Counted from the stretch's first letter, positions 7,906 to 16,475 are shown. The stretch is DNA of 64,000 nucleotides from a virus (IMGVR_UViG_3300029859_000151), one strand, 5' to 3'. The notes: generated by a model from the sequence alone, not told the origin. Translations and numbers: made by a program.

Positions 7906-8415
7906 ATGACAAATGAACACGACAAACAAATTATCTTAGATTTCTGTACAAAATGTTACGACCACTCACCTTATGGTGATCTATGTCGTAAACCTTGCAG
8001 TAAATTATCGACAGAGGACTGTAAAATGCTACGATTATATATCGCCAATGATCCAGAAAGCTATATGTTTGGTAAAATGTATGGTATTTTTGAATACGAA
8101 GGTGATATCTATAAATTTACATGGCATATCCATGAGCCAAAACAGAAGTTTGCATCGTTATCGAATCGTATGACCAACATTGAACAGCTTATCGTAAAAC
8201 AAAAAGATGAATCCGAATTTGTTTCAACTACTATGACAAAAACTGGTCACATGGCATTCTGGATTAATACACCAGACAATTACTTAGATGGTTTTGATTT
8301 AAGTTTGCGCAAACTTATGAAAAATATCAAAGCTTATGCTGTATCTGAACAACTCTGTAAACAAATCAAAAAATTTGACCATAAACACTTAAAATGGAAG
8401 GAAAATCAGTTGTAA
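7906..8415 (+). CDS. hypothetical protein (169 aa), Cys-rich N-terminus
   Basis: ATG at 7906 preferred over TTG at 7888; CTKCYDHSPYGDLCRKPC. Confidence 0.55.
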   Translation: MTNEHDKQIILDFCTKCYDHSPYGDLCRKPCSKLSTEDCKMLRLYIANDPESYMFGKMYGIFEYEGDIYKFTWHIHEPKQKFASLSNRMTNIEQLIVKQKDESEFVSTTMTKTGHMAFWINTPDNYLDGFDLSLRKLMKNIKAYAVSEQLCKQIKKFDHKHLKWKENQL

Positions 8416-8473
8416 AAACAAATAATCAGAAAGGCTTAGAAGATATATAACAATTAAACAAAACAAAGCATAA

Positions 8474-8512
8474 AGGCAGCGGGGAGATTATTTTCTCGGC
8501 TGCTTTTGCATT
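8474..8512 (+). terminator. terminator-like hairpin
   Basis: GGCAGCGGGGAG..CTCGGCTGCTTTTGCATTTT. Confidence 0.45.
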
Positions 8513-8539
8513 TTAGTATATTCCTTTATTTTTTGAAAA

Positions 8540-8551
8540 TCTGACATATTG
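8540..8551 (+). promoter_or_regulatory. phage promoter motif copy (variant ..ATATTG) + conserved leader
   Basis: TCTGACATATTGAATATGAACATTAAAAATGAATTCAATAGGAATTCAAATATTTATGAAAACAGGAG. Confidence 0.55.
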
Positions 8552-8615
8552 AATATGAACATTAAAAATGAATTCAATAGGAATTCAAATATTTATGAAA
8601 ACAGGAGAAAAATTT

Positions 8616-8804
8616 ATGACAAGAGAAGAACATTTTGAAGACATTAAAGTTGTTAAAGGAAATCACTGGTGTGAAATTTGTGATGCTGAAGCAGATTTTG
8701 TGATTGTGGATACTACTGCATATGGTATTGGAAGAGAATTGCCGTTGTGCAAAAAGTGCGCAGAAATGCTTAAAGGAAAAATTGATATTGGAATGACAAT
8801 GTAA
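8616..8804 (+). CDS. small zinc-ribbon protein (62 aa)
   Basis: CEICDAE...CKKCAEM (two CxxC pairs). Confidence 0.55.
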   Translation: MTREEHFEDIKVVKGNHWCEICDAEADFVIVDTTAYGIGRELPLCKKCAEMLKGKIDIGMTM

Positions 8805-8855
8805 CCGTGAAATGTGTGTTTTCTTCGGATTTTAAGAAAGGTAAAGGTGGTTAAA

Positions 8856-9029
8856 ATGTTAACAAGAGAAGAATTGAATGCAGCCCACAATAACATTATA
8901 ACTATAATGGAAAACAGAGTTATGCAAATGACAGGATGCAATAGGCGAACTGCAAATTTAGTCGCAAACGAAATCTTGGATTTGGATAGAGATGCAGATA
9001 AGTTATTAAATGAAGATGCCGTAGACTAA
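8856..9029 (+). CDS. hypothetical protein (57 aa)
   Basis: ATG after AAAGGTAAAGGTGG RBS. Confidence 0.45.
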   Translation: MLTREELNAAHNNIITIMENRVMQMTGCNRRTANLVANEILDLDRDADKLLNEDAVD

Positions 9030-9061
9030 ACACATGTCTCTTTGGATTGGAGGTAAAGTAA

Positions 9062-9259
9062 ATGAATAGATTTGAAGAAATGGGAAAAGCAAATATAAGA
9101 GCATATGCGGAAACACTCAAAGAAGAAATTCTTAGCCATGCTCCTGATATAGTAACAGAAATAAAATGTCCAGATGGTCAGTATAGAAATAGACCGTTAT
9201 TAGACGCAGCAACAGTTATTGAAATTATTGACGATTTAAAAAAGAAAATGGCAGAGTAA
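9062..9259 (+). CDS. hypothetical protein (65 aa)
   Basis: RBS GGATTGGAGGTAAAGTAA-ATG. Confidence 0.5.
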   Translation: MNRFEEMGKANIRAYAETLKEEILSHAPDIVTEIKCPDGQYRNRPLLDAATVIEIIDDLKKKMAE

Positions 9260-9289
9260 ATGGATATTTCATAAGGAGGTAATGGTTAA

Positions 9290-9748
9290 ATGTATTGTAT
9301 AATTTATTATGGATATGGCGATAAAAGATATCTTGCATTTCAAAATACAGATACTGAAATTGTATATGGGTATTATCTTACTGATAAAGAAACTTTTGTT
9401 ATGAATTTAGGGAACAATAAGAATAATCATCCTACGTTATTTAGATCAGAAGATAAGGCAATGCAATTTATTAAACAATTCGTTTCTAAAAGAACTGGTT
9501 TTTCTACGAGCGAATTTTCATATGAATATATTGATAATTATTATATTCCAAAATGCGACATGGATTGTTGGAAATGCAATAAGAAAAATAAAAGCAAATG
9601 CAAACACTTGAAAAATCCATATCAAAATTATTGTGGTTTTATTATGGCAAAATTTGAAGATGGGTTTAAGCCAGATGAAAAAAGATTGGATGCTCCATGT
9701 GAAAAATGCTTAACAAAAGGGTGTCCATATAATATGAACTACAAATAA
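9290..9748 (+). CDS. hypothetical Cys-rich protein (152 aa)
   Basis: RBS AAGGAGGTAATGG; C-terminal CDMDCWKCNKKNKSKCKH..CEKCLTKGC. Confidence 0.55.
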   Translation: MYCIIYYGYGDKRYLAFQNTDTEIVYGYYLTDKETFVMNLGNNKNNHPTLFRSEDKAMQFIKQFVSKRTGFSTSEFSYEYIDNYYIPKCDMDCWKCNKKNKSKCKHLKNPYQNYCGFIMAKFEDGFKPDEKRLDAPCEKCLTKGCPYNMNYK

Positions 9749-9781
9749 ATGCGTGTTTCTTATGGATTGGAGGTAAGGTAA

Positions 9782-10087
9782 ATGAAAGGTACGATGAAAG
9801 TAAATGAATTAAATAAGTCAGGTCTGTATATTTCTGAAATTGATTGGGATAAGTGTTATAAAAGTGAAAGTAATCCTGATGGAAATTTCGTAATGATAAT
9901 TGAACCATTGGAGGGATGGGATAAAGGAATTATTTATTACGAGAAAGTGGATGATGGTTATCTTATAATGGGAGAAGCTTATATTATTCAAAATAAAATT
10001 GATAGAATTGAAGCGGAAATACAGAAATGGAAAGCAGCATATAAAAGTAGACCGTTTAATTATGTAAAAGAAAAATTACACAACTAA
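9782..10087 (+). CDS. hypothetical protein (101 aa)
   Basis: RBS GGATTGGAGGTAAGGTAA-ATG, identical to the RBS context of 9062. Confidence 0.55.
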   Translation: MKGTMKVNELNKSGLYISEIDWDKCYKSESNPDGNFVMIIEPLEGWDKGIIYYEKVDDGYLIMGEAYIIQNKIDRIEAEIQKWKAAYKSRPFNYVKEKLHN

Positions 10088-10123
10088 GAAATTCGTATTT
10101 ACTAGGGAAATGGAGATAAAAAT

Positions 10124-10360
10124 ATGAATATTAATAGCTTGAGAGAGAAATACATGAATAAAGAATTTGCGATAATTACTAATACTGAACGAATAGTATT
10201 AGTAATTGATATTGATGAATTCTATATGACAGTTAAAGTGACAAAGAATAAATATAGTAGGCAAAATTGTGTCGGAAATTATTTCCCATATGTGGATGAT
10301 ATTGTAAAATATCCTCTCACAGCATTGCCAGTGATGTATGAAGTATCAGAAATAAACTGA
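10124..10360 (+). CDS. hypothetical protein (78 aa)
   Basis: RBS GGGAAATGGAGATAAAAAT-ATG. Confidence 0.5.
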   Translation: MNINSLREKYMNKEFAIITNTERIVLVIDIDEFYMTVKVTKNKYSRQNCVGNYFPYVDDIVKYPLTALPVMYEVSEIN

Positions 10361-10387
10361 AATTTAGAAAAAATTTAGAGGAAATGA

Positions 10388-10708
10388 ATGCTCTCTAGTA
10401 AACAGATGAAGAAAGGAAGGAAATGTATGGATTGGCAAGAGATCAGAGGAAATATTCTTGAAGAAATCAGAGAGATGCAGGAAAAACCTTTGCGACAGTA
10501 TCTCACAGAAAGAAATATTAATGATAATTTTTTTTATGAATATGAACACATTAACAGAGAACTTACTATCTTTACTAACAGACCGGGCATTTGGATTGGA
10601 CGGAGTGGCGAAGGTGTAAACAGATTAAAAGAAATATTGAGTGAACAATTCGATCACGAAGTAGAAGTTTCTTTCGTGGAAATTAAAGGGCACTTTATGA
10701 GTCATTAA
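10388..10708 (+). CDS. hypothetical protein (106 aa; alternative start at 10427)
   Basis: ORF; internal ATG at 10427 has the better RBS GAAAGGAAGGAAATGT. Confidence 0.45.
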   Translation: MLSSKQMKKGRKCMDWQEIRGNILEEIREMQEKPLRQYLTERNINDNFFYEYEHINRELTIFTNRPGIWIGRSGEGVNRLKEILSEQFDHEVEVSFVEIKGHFMSH

Positions 10709-10742
10709 AACTATTACATTTCAAAAGCAGAAAGGGAACAAT

Positions 10743-10970
10743 ATGACAGAAAAGATATATTATGTGATCCAAAATAAAGAAGGAAAATTCTTTAAAATAG
10801 ATAGCTGGTCTGGTGGTTATCCAGAATTTGTTAATAATTTTGAAGTTTGTGAAAAATATAACCATGAAGAGTTTGCAAATAATTTCTTAAAAAGTAGATA
10901 CGTTACTGAAATGTTTACAAAAGAATTTATTGGGGCGAAAGTAAGAAAAGTAGAAATGAAATTAGTGTGA
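10743..10970 (+). CDS. hypothetical protein (75 aa)
   Basis: RBS GAAAGGGAACAAT-ATG. Confidence 0.5.
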   Translation: MTEKIYYVIQNKEGKFFKIDSWSGGYPEFVNNFEVCEKYNHEEFANNFLKSRYVTEMFTKEFIGAKVRKVEMKLV

Positions 10971-10996
10971 ATTAAACAAAATAATGTAAAACACAA

Positions 10997-11040
10997 TAAG
11001 CGGTTAGGAGAATATTTTCCTGACCGCTTATTTATTTTAT
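10997..11040 (+). terminator. rho-independent terminator
   Basis: AAGCGGTTAGG..CCTGACCGCTTATTTATTTTATTTT. Confidence 0.6.
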
Positions 11041-11067
11041 TTTGCCCTTTCTCTAATATTTTTATTT

Positions 11068-11079
11068 TCTGACATATTA
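11068..11079 (+). promoter_or_regulatory. phage promoter motif copy + conserved leader
   Basis: TCTGACATATTAAATATGAATTTAAAACGAGTTCATAAAAACTCAAATATTTATGAAAAATGGAGG. Confidence 0.6.
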
Positions 11080-11142
11080 AATATGAATTTAAAACGAGTT
11101 CATAAAAACTCAAATATTTATGAAAAATGGAGGATAATAAAA

Positions 11143-11847
11143 ATGAGAAAAACTCAGATGGTTAATGCAAAAGTCAATGAGGCAGAAAAAGTATTTTGTA
11201 CTACAAAGGTTAATGTAGGCAATAAGTCAAATGTTGAATTCGATGAGTTAAATGCTGTAAATGAAGCAATGAAACTTGAATACGACGCAATTTCTAAGAG
11301 AAAACAGGAAAAGGCAAAAAAAGGAATGCGTCGAAGAAAAGATCATTTTAAGGCAGTTAGAAAAATGAACATCGATAAGCAGGTTAATGTTGGCGAAAAC
11401 GGTGCGCTGATGTACAACAATCTTCATCAGTACAGCAAAAACAAAATTCATTGTTCTTGTCCGTTATGCGCATTTAATGGAAAACACAATGGTCATCTTG
11501 TGTTTAAAAAGATTTACACAGAATCTGACAGAAGAAAAATGGATTCCATGGATCTTAAAATGAAAGAGTATATGTCTGGAATGGAAGATCTGTGGGCAGA
11601 TGAGGGTGAGCTTGGAAAACCGTGTTGTTATTGTGAAGAATACACTTCCTGCTACGAGTGCAATAGGCATTGTGACGATTATGAAAATCTTATGCCTACC
11701 AATCGAACATATTATAAGCACGATGATTATCCAACTGTTTGGAAGGATGATTCTGAAGATGATTGTTATGATGCTACTAATGATGATTATTGCGATGATT
11801 ATTGGCTTGATGACTGGGATGATGTTTACGATGACTGGGATGACTAA
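11143..11847 (+). CDS. Cys-rich protein with extremely acidic D/W/Y-rich C-terminal tail (234 aa)
   Basis: CSCPLCAF, CCYCEEYTSCYECNRHC; tail DDYCDDYWLDDWDDVYDDWDD. Confidence 0.6.
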   Translation: MRKTQMVNAKVNEAEKVFCTTKVNVGNKSNVEFDELNAVNEAMKLEYDAISKRKQEKAKKGMRRRKDHFKAVRKMNIDKQVNVGENGALMYNNLHQYSKNKIHCSCPLCAFNGKHNGHLVFKKIYTESDRRKMDSMDLKMKEYMSGMEDLWADEGELGKPCCYCEEYTSCYECNRHCDDYENLMPTNRTYYKHDDYPTVWKDDSEDDCYDATNDDYCDDYWLDDWDDVYDDWDD

Positions 11848-11919
11848 AAACGTATCTTAGTTATTCAATAATTGTTATTAAACGAATTATTGGAGATTAT
11901 TTATGAAAAGGAGAAAAAT

Positions 11920-12363
11920 ATGATTGATACAAACATTATGATTAACTTTTTGGGAACATATGCAAACGAGGAAATTTCTAAAGATCGCTACGGAAACAAA
12001 ACAACTGTTTTAGTGGAGTTTTCTGAGATTTGTAAGGATTCTGGCAAGTATATTTGTATGCTCGCCGAGTATTATACTAAGCAGGGCATGGAAAATCATT
12101 CAGATGCTTTTTCATCTGCTGACGACTATGAAAAATTACAGGAAAAAATGGAGCTGAAGCTTTATTATTTGATCAAAAAGGCATTATGGCTTAACAACCG
12201 CTGTAAGACTATGACCGGCCAGCCATTTTTAACAAGACGGTTGGATCAGAATTCAGTAAGAGATTGTGCAAAGTTTGTAAAGGAACTTTATCGATCATTA
12301 AGAAATTATTTAGAGACAGTTGTCGCAGATGAAGAAGAAGAGCCGTCTGAGCGATGCGCGTAA
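11920..12363 (+). CDS. hypothetical protein (147 aa)
   Basis: ATG after AAAAGGAGAAAAAT; the track's TTG start at 11872 is rejected. Confidence 0.55.
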   Translation: MIDTNIMINFLGTYANEEISKDRYGNKTTVLVEFSEICKDSGKYICMLAEYYTKQGMENHSDAFSSADDYEKLQEKMELKLYYLIKKALWLNNRCKTMTGQPFLTRRLDQNSVRDCAKFVKELYRSLRNYLETVVADEEEEPSERCA

Positions 12364-12392
12364 AAAAGAGGGATAACCCCCTCTTTTTTTAT
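12364..12392. terminator. bidirectional terminator
   Basis: AAAAAAGAGGGATAACCCCCTCTTTTTTTAT, between convergent genes. Confidence 0.7.
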
Positions 12393-12685
12393 TATAAAAT
12401 ATTCTGTTTTTCAAGATAAGCTAAAATAGTATCAATATCATCAAATGCTGATTCGACAAAAGAACAATTCTCTATTTTAGAATTTGGGCTAGTATAATTT
12501 GGCACCTCTGTAGATTCTGTAGATTTGGCATTTGCTAATGAAGCTAATCTTTCTTTAAAAAGAGCTTCAAAATCAATGTTATCAATATTGTCTTGAGCCT
12601 TCTTTGATTTTTTATAAAATGCCGTCATATTCTCAGTTTCATTTCTCTTTTTTGTATATTCTGCGAAACAAATGATTTTTTCCAT
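12392..12685 (-). CDS. hypothetical protein (97 aa), minus strand
   Basis: ORF convergent with upstream + genes; its own upstream region 12686-12800 is AT-rich. Confidence 0.45.
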   Translation of the reverse strand: MEKIICFAEYTKKRNETENMTAFYKKSKKAQDNIDNIDFEALFKERLASLANAKSTESTEVPNYTSPNSKIENCSFVESAFDDIDTILAYLEKQNIL

Positions 12686-12871
12686 AGTACTGCCTTCCTA
12701 TATTATTCTTTCTTTATAAATAATATGTCAGCAAAATGAATTCATTTTTTAGGTATAAAATATTTATAAACAATCTGGAGCATTGATTGTGTTTACTTTT
12801 TGCTCGGCGCATATATAATATATAAATTTCAAATAAGACTTCATATTCTCCATGACCTTATTTTTCTCCTA

Positions 12872-12883
12872 TCTGACATATTA
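12872..12883 (+). promoter_or_regulatory. phage promoter motif copy
   Basis: TATCTGACATATTAAATATGAAATTTAAAAAC. Confidence 0.55.
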
Positions 12884-12925
12884 AATATGAAATTTAAAAA
12901 CAAAAGAAAAAAGGAGGATTTTTTT

Positions 12926-14545
12926 ATGAAACAAGTATTACAAAAGAACCATCGATTTTCATTTGGCATTGATTTTGATGACGTTTTGGCTCCATTAAAT
13001 GATGTGGCAGTTGAGCTTGCTAATGAAAAATATGGATTGAATTTAACAATAAATGATATTACTTGCTGGGAGCATACAGAGAAAACAAAAGTTGTTAAAG
13101 AATTTTATGCACTAAAAAGCACATTAGATAAACAGGTTGTGCCTGAAAGTGCTAAAAAATTTATCAAAGAATTACAGAAATTAGGAGATGTGTATATCAT
13201 TACGGCGGTTGTTCCGGAGCTTATGGGGGTTCGGATTCAACAGATCAAAGCTGCCTTTCCGAATATTCCTGATGAAAATATTATTATGGGTTATGCTAAG
13301 AATCTCGTCCATTTTGATGTTACATTAGATGATGGACCTCACAATATTTTAAAAAGTACAGCAACTTATCCGGTTCTATTTCGTAAGCCCTGGAACCGAA
13401 TGTTAAGTGGAGTATTGGCTGTTAATAATTATGATGAATTTTTGACGTTGGTTCATCAGATAAAAAGTGCATTTATGGAAGAAAAAAAGGAAATGACAGA
13501 GCCTACAATTATTGCTTTAGTCGGACCATCAGGAAGTCAAAAGAATAAATTGGCGAAACAATTAGAGAAAATAGGAATGGGAGAAATTGTTTCTAGCTAT
13601 ACAACAAAAGGATCGATATTTAATCGACCCAAAACACATTTAAGTTCTGAAAAATTCCAGACATGGAAAAACGAAGGGAGGCTTTTCTCGACTACAGTAT
13701 ATGCTGGATATGATTATGGGACAAGTAAAGAAAGTATTGATAGCAAATTGTCTCAAGGTAAAAACGTGATTATGCCATTAGATATTTGCGGAGCCATAGG
13801 TTTGCAGAGATTTTATCCAACAATTCTTATTTTTTGCAAACAGAGTCGAGAAAAAATGATTGAAAACATTCTTTTTGATCCGGAATCCGATAATGAAGAA
13901 AAAAAATTCAAATTACTTTCAATGGAAAAAGAAATCGAAAATGCTAGGCTCTGTGATTATAAAGTATGTACAAGTAATATTGAGGATGCTGCTAAGGAAA
14001 TTTTTGAAAAATTGCTAACTAGTATTGAAAACCCTGAAGGTGATGAAATTGCTAAAAATGTAGTATCAGTATATTCGGATGGAAAAAGCGAAAGATCTTG
14101 TGTCGGTGCATTAGAGATTGCGAAATACATTTTGACAGAATGTGAAAGGATGGGAAAGCCGATTACAAATTCTCAATTACAAGTATTATTGTATTTCGTG
14201 CAAAGAGATTTTTTACAGATAAAAAGAAGACCAGCTTTTAATGAAAAGTTTTTGGCGCATCCATTATGGCCAATATGTATGGATGTTTATTATTATTATT
14301 GCGGATATGGTTGTATGCCAATAATACCAATATTTGACCCTTCAGTAGAGAATATCTCTTTGCCAAATCATTATACGGAAATTGTTGATCCGATTATCAA
14401 AATCTTTTTGCAAAGTGGAGATCGGTTTCAGCCAGGAGAAGTGAGTAAAAATATAGGCGCATGGGTTAAGACGAGAGAATATGGAGAACGAGAAAGAATA
14501 GAAAATCCTGAAATACCAATAGACTTGATAAAAGAAGATAAGTGA
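12926..14545 (+). CDS. 5'(3')-deoxyribonucleotidase-like HAD domain fused to guanylate-kinase-like P-loop domain plus C-terminal domain
   Basis: N-terminus FGIDFDDVLAP (HAD motif I DxD), ITAVVPEL, DDGPHN resembles NT5C-type 5'-nucleotidases. Middle has LVGPSGSQKNKLAKQL and SSYTTKG (guanylate kinase GxSGxGK / TTR-like motifs). ATG at 12926 after AAAAGGAGG. Confidence 0.7.
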   Translation: MKQVLQKNHRFSFGIDFDDVLAPLNDVAVELANEKYGLNLTINDITCWEHTEKTKVVKEFYALKSTLDKQVVPESAKKFIKELQKLGDVYIITAVVPELMGVRIQQIKAAFPNIPDENIIMGYAKNLVHFDVTLDDGPHNILKSTATYPVLFRKPWNRMLSGVLAVNNYDEFLTLVHQIKSAFMEEKKEMTEPTIIALVGPSGSQKNKLAKQLEKIGMGEIVSSYTTKGSIFNRPKTHLSSEKFQTWKNEGRLFSTTVYAGYDYGTSKESIDSKLSQGKNVIMPLDICGAIGLQRFYPTILIFCKQSREKMIENILFDPESDNEEKKFKLLSMEKEIENARLCDYKVCTSNIEDAAKEIFEKLLTSIENPEGDEIAKNVVSVYSDGKSERSCVGALEIAKYILTECERMGKPITNSQLQVLLYFVQRDFLQIKRRPAFNEKFLAHPLWPICMDVYYYYCGYGCMPIIPIFDPSVENISLPNHYTEIVDPIIKIFLQSGDRFQPGEVSKNIGAWVKTREYGERERIENPEIPIDLIKEDK

Positions 14546-14555
14546 AAGAATGCAA

Positions 14556-14595
14556 AAAGCAACAAGAAATTAAACCTTGTTGCTTTTTGATTTTT
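14556..14595 (+). terminator. rho-independent terminator
   Basis: AAAGCAACAAG-AAATTAAAC-CTTGTTGCTTTTTGATTTTTG. Confidence 0.6.
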
Positions 14596-14598
14596 GAA

Positions 14599-14610
14599 TC
14601 TGACATATTA
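14599..14610 (+). promoter_or_regulatory. phage promoter motif copy
   Basis: ATCTGACATATTAAATAAAAG, 31 nt before ATG 14642. Confidence 0.55.
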
Positions 14611-14641
14611 AATAAAAGATAAAGAATAAGGAGAAAAAATA

Positions 14642-15358
14642 ATGTTTTATTTAAAAGAAAACTATATGCATTTACTAAAGTTTTGGGTTATAGCGTTTGC
14701 TATTATGTGTACTGTGCTGTCACCGCAAAACATTTTTGCAGCACAAAATGTAGAGCTAAAAGAAACATCAGAATGCATTGAATATGATGATTACAATGTC
14801 GTTGGGACAAATGATCAAATAATAGATGGCTATATTTTTATTGGAGACAGCAGATTTGTAGGAATGGATATGTACGTCGATGTAGAGAGTGTTTCTAATC
14901 AGTTTTTGATTGCAGAATGCGGGAAAGGCTATCAATGGCTGAAGGATGTTGCTGAACCTAAAATCAATGAAGTGAAAAAACAAAACCTGCAAATTAATAC
15001 TTGGCATTTAATTATCAATTTAGGAGTAAATGATCGCTATAATAAAAATGCATATGCTGATGAAATAAATAAGTTAGCCCAGGATAATGATATTCTTTAT
15101 GTATCTGTAAATCCAGCTCAATGCTTATATGCAGAAGATGCCGAAAAAATAAAAGAAATAAATGCGGAAATTGATGATTTTAATGAAATGTTAAAGAATT
15201 CAGAAGCCATTAATTTTTATTTAGACACAAATTCATATTTGCAAAATGATACGGGCTTTCAAACAGCAGATGAGATTCACTACACGAAAGAAACTTACAA
15301 AGATATTTACAATTATATTGAAACGGAACTGAGTATTATAAAAATTTTGCAGGAATAG
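14642..15358 (+). CDS. secreted SGNH/GDSL-family hydrolase (esterase/lipase-like) with signal peptide
   Basis: hydrophobic N-terminal signal ending AAQN; block I FIGDSRF (GDS(x)); block III LGVNDRY (GxND). Confidence 0.65.
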   Translation: MFYLKENYMHLLKFWVIAFAIMCTVLSPQNIFAAQNVELKETSECIEYDDYNVVGTNDQIIDGYIFIGDSRFVGMDMYVDVESVSNQFLIAECGKGYQWLKDVAEPKINEVKKQNLQINTWHLIINLGVNDRYNKNAYADEINKLAQDNDILYVSVNPAQCLYAEDAEKIKEINAEIDDFNEMLKNSEAINFYLDTNSYLQNDTGFQTADEIHYTKETYKDIYNYIETELSIIKILQE

Positions 15359-15390
15359 CATTGTAACTATTCCTGCATTTATTTTTTTAT
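15349..15390 (+). terminator. rho-independent terminator
   Basis: GCAGGAATAG-CATTGTAA-CTATTCCTGC + ATTTATTTTTTTAT. Confidence 0.7.
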
Positions 15391-15396
15391 ATTTTT

Positions 15397-15408
15397 TCTG
15401 ACATATTA
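15397..15408 (+). promoter_or_regulatory. phage promoter motif copy
   Basis: TTTCTGACATATTAAATATGACAGC. Confidence 0.55.
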
Positions 15409-15455
15409 AATATGACAGCACATGTTGAGACAATAAGTAAGGTTGAGGTTATTTT

Positions 15456-15662
15456 ATGAGTAATTTAGATGTTTTTTTAGAGAACAACAAATGGTTAGAA
15501 ACGCTTCCTAATAAAGAATCGAATGAAGTAACAGAGGAGATTAGAAAAAATAATAACATAGTTTGTAATAGAAAAAATGTTTTCGGCGAATATGATCCTT
15601 CTAGTTTCATTCAATATGTTAAAGAAAAATCAAATGTTAAAGAAAAATCAAAGAAAGGATAA
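15456..15662 (+). CDS. hypothetical protein (68 aa)
   Basis: RBS AAGGTTGAGGTTATTTT-ATG. Confidence 0.45.
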   Translation: MSNLDVFLENNKWLETLPNKESNEVTEEIRKNNNIVCNRKNVFGEYDPSSFIQYVKEKSNVKEKSKKG

Positions 15663-15665
15663 TGT

Positions 15666-16379
15666 ATGTTAGATTTTTTTAGAGAAAAGCGGTCAAGCGA
15701 AAATTTTCTGCTTGTAGCAGATACACATAATCAACTGCAAAATAATGATGACTTGGAAAAGTTCGTTAATATAATTGGGATTCCAGGATCAGCTCATCAG
15801 AAATATCAACATATTTTACTTTTAGGAGATATTTCGGTAAATGATATTGAATGTATACGAAAATTATTACCGAAGTTATTTGAGAAAGGAGAAGTATATG
15901 GCATTTATGGAAATCATGATGCAAAGAAAACATTTAATTGGTTTGGAATACATGACTTGCATGGACGGATGGCGAATGTTTCTGGGATCAAGATAGCCGG
16001 TTGGGAAGGGAGTTCAAAATATAAAAATGAAAGATTTCCATCCATGTTGCAAAATGAAAGTATCCAATATGCAAAAAACATATCTATTTGTGGAGAATTT
16101 CCGGATTTGTTAATTTCGCATGATAAGCCAAGAACAGATTGGGTAAAAGAAGAACATGCCTTGGAAATTTTAGAACATCATGTTGGGTTGGCAGGGATTT
16201 ACGAATATATGAAAATAGCAGACATTCCAGTAAACATTCACGGACATTATCATACTAATTATGCGAAACAGCTTCCCAACGGTTCTGAAGAAATCTGCAT
16301 TTTCCCATTTGCTTGCTTAAGGATTTGGAAAGATCGAGCTTTTCGTATATATGATATGAATGGAAAAGAAATTCAGTAA
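15666..16379 (+). CDS. calcineurin-like metallophosphoesterase
   Basis: LVADTHNQ (motif I), LLLGDIS (motif II GDxxD), IYGNHDAKK (GNHD/E), HGHYH. Confidence 0.7.
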   Translation: MLDFFREKRSSENFLLVADTHNQLQNNDDLEKFVNIIGIPGSAHQKYQHILLLGDISVNDIECIRKLLPKLFEKGEVYGIYGNHDAKKTFNWFGIHDLHGRMANVSGIKIAGWEGSSKYKNERFPSMLQNESIQYAKNISICGEFPDLLISHDKPRTDWVKEEHALEILEHHVGLAGIYEYMKIADIPVNIHGHYHTNYAKQLPNGSEEICIFPFACLRIWKDRAFRIYDMNGKEIQ

Positions 16380-16386
16380 AAACGTT

Positions 16387-16399
16387 CTGTACCGAAAAA
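16387..16399 (+). promoter_or_regulatory. upstream element CTGTACCGAAAAA
   Basis: second conserved motif found 20-30 nt 5' of a subset (about 8) of the TCTGACATATTA promoters. Confidence 0.45.
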
Positions 16400-16413
16400 A
16401 GTTTTGAAAAACG

Positions 16414-16425
16414 TCCGACATATTA
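16414..16425 (+). promoter_or_regulatory. phage promoter motif, degenerate variant (TCCGACATATTA)
   Basis: only copy with C at position 3; precedes the candidate ncRNA region rather than a CDS. Confidence 0.4.
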
Positions 16426-16475
16426 TATATGAAAAAGAAACAAGGGAAAGAAGAACAAGTGATATTGTTTATCTC

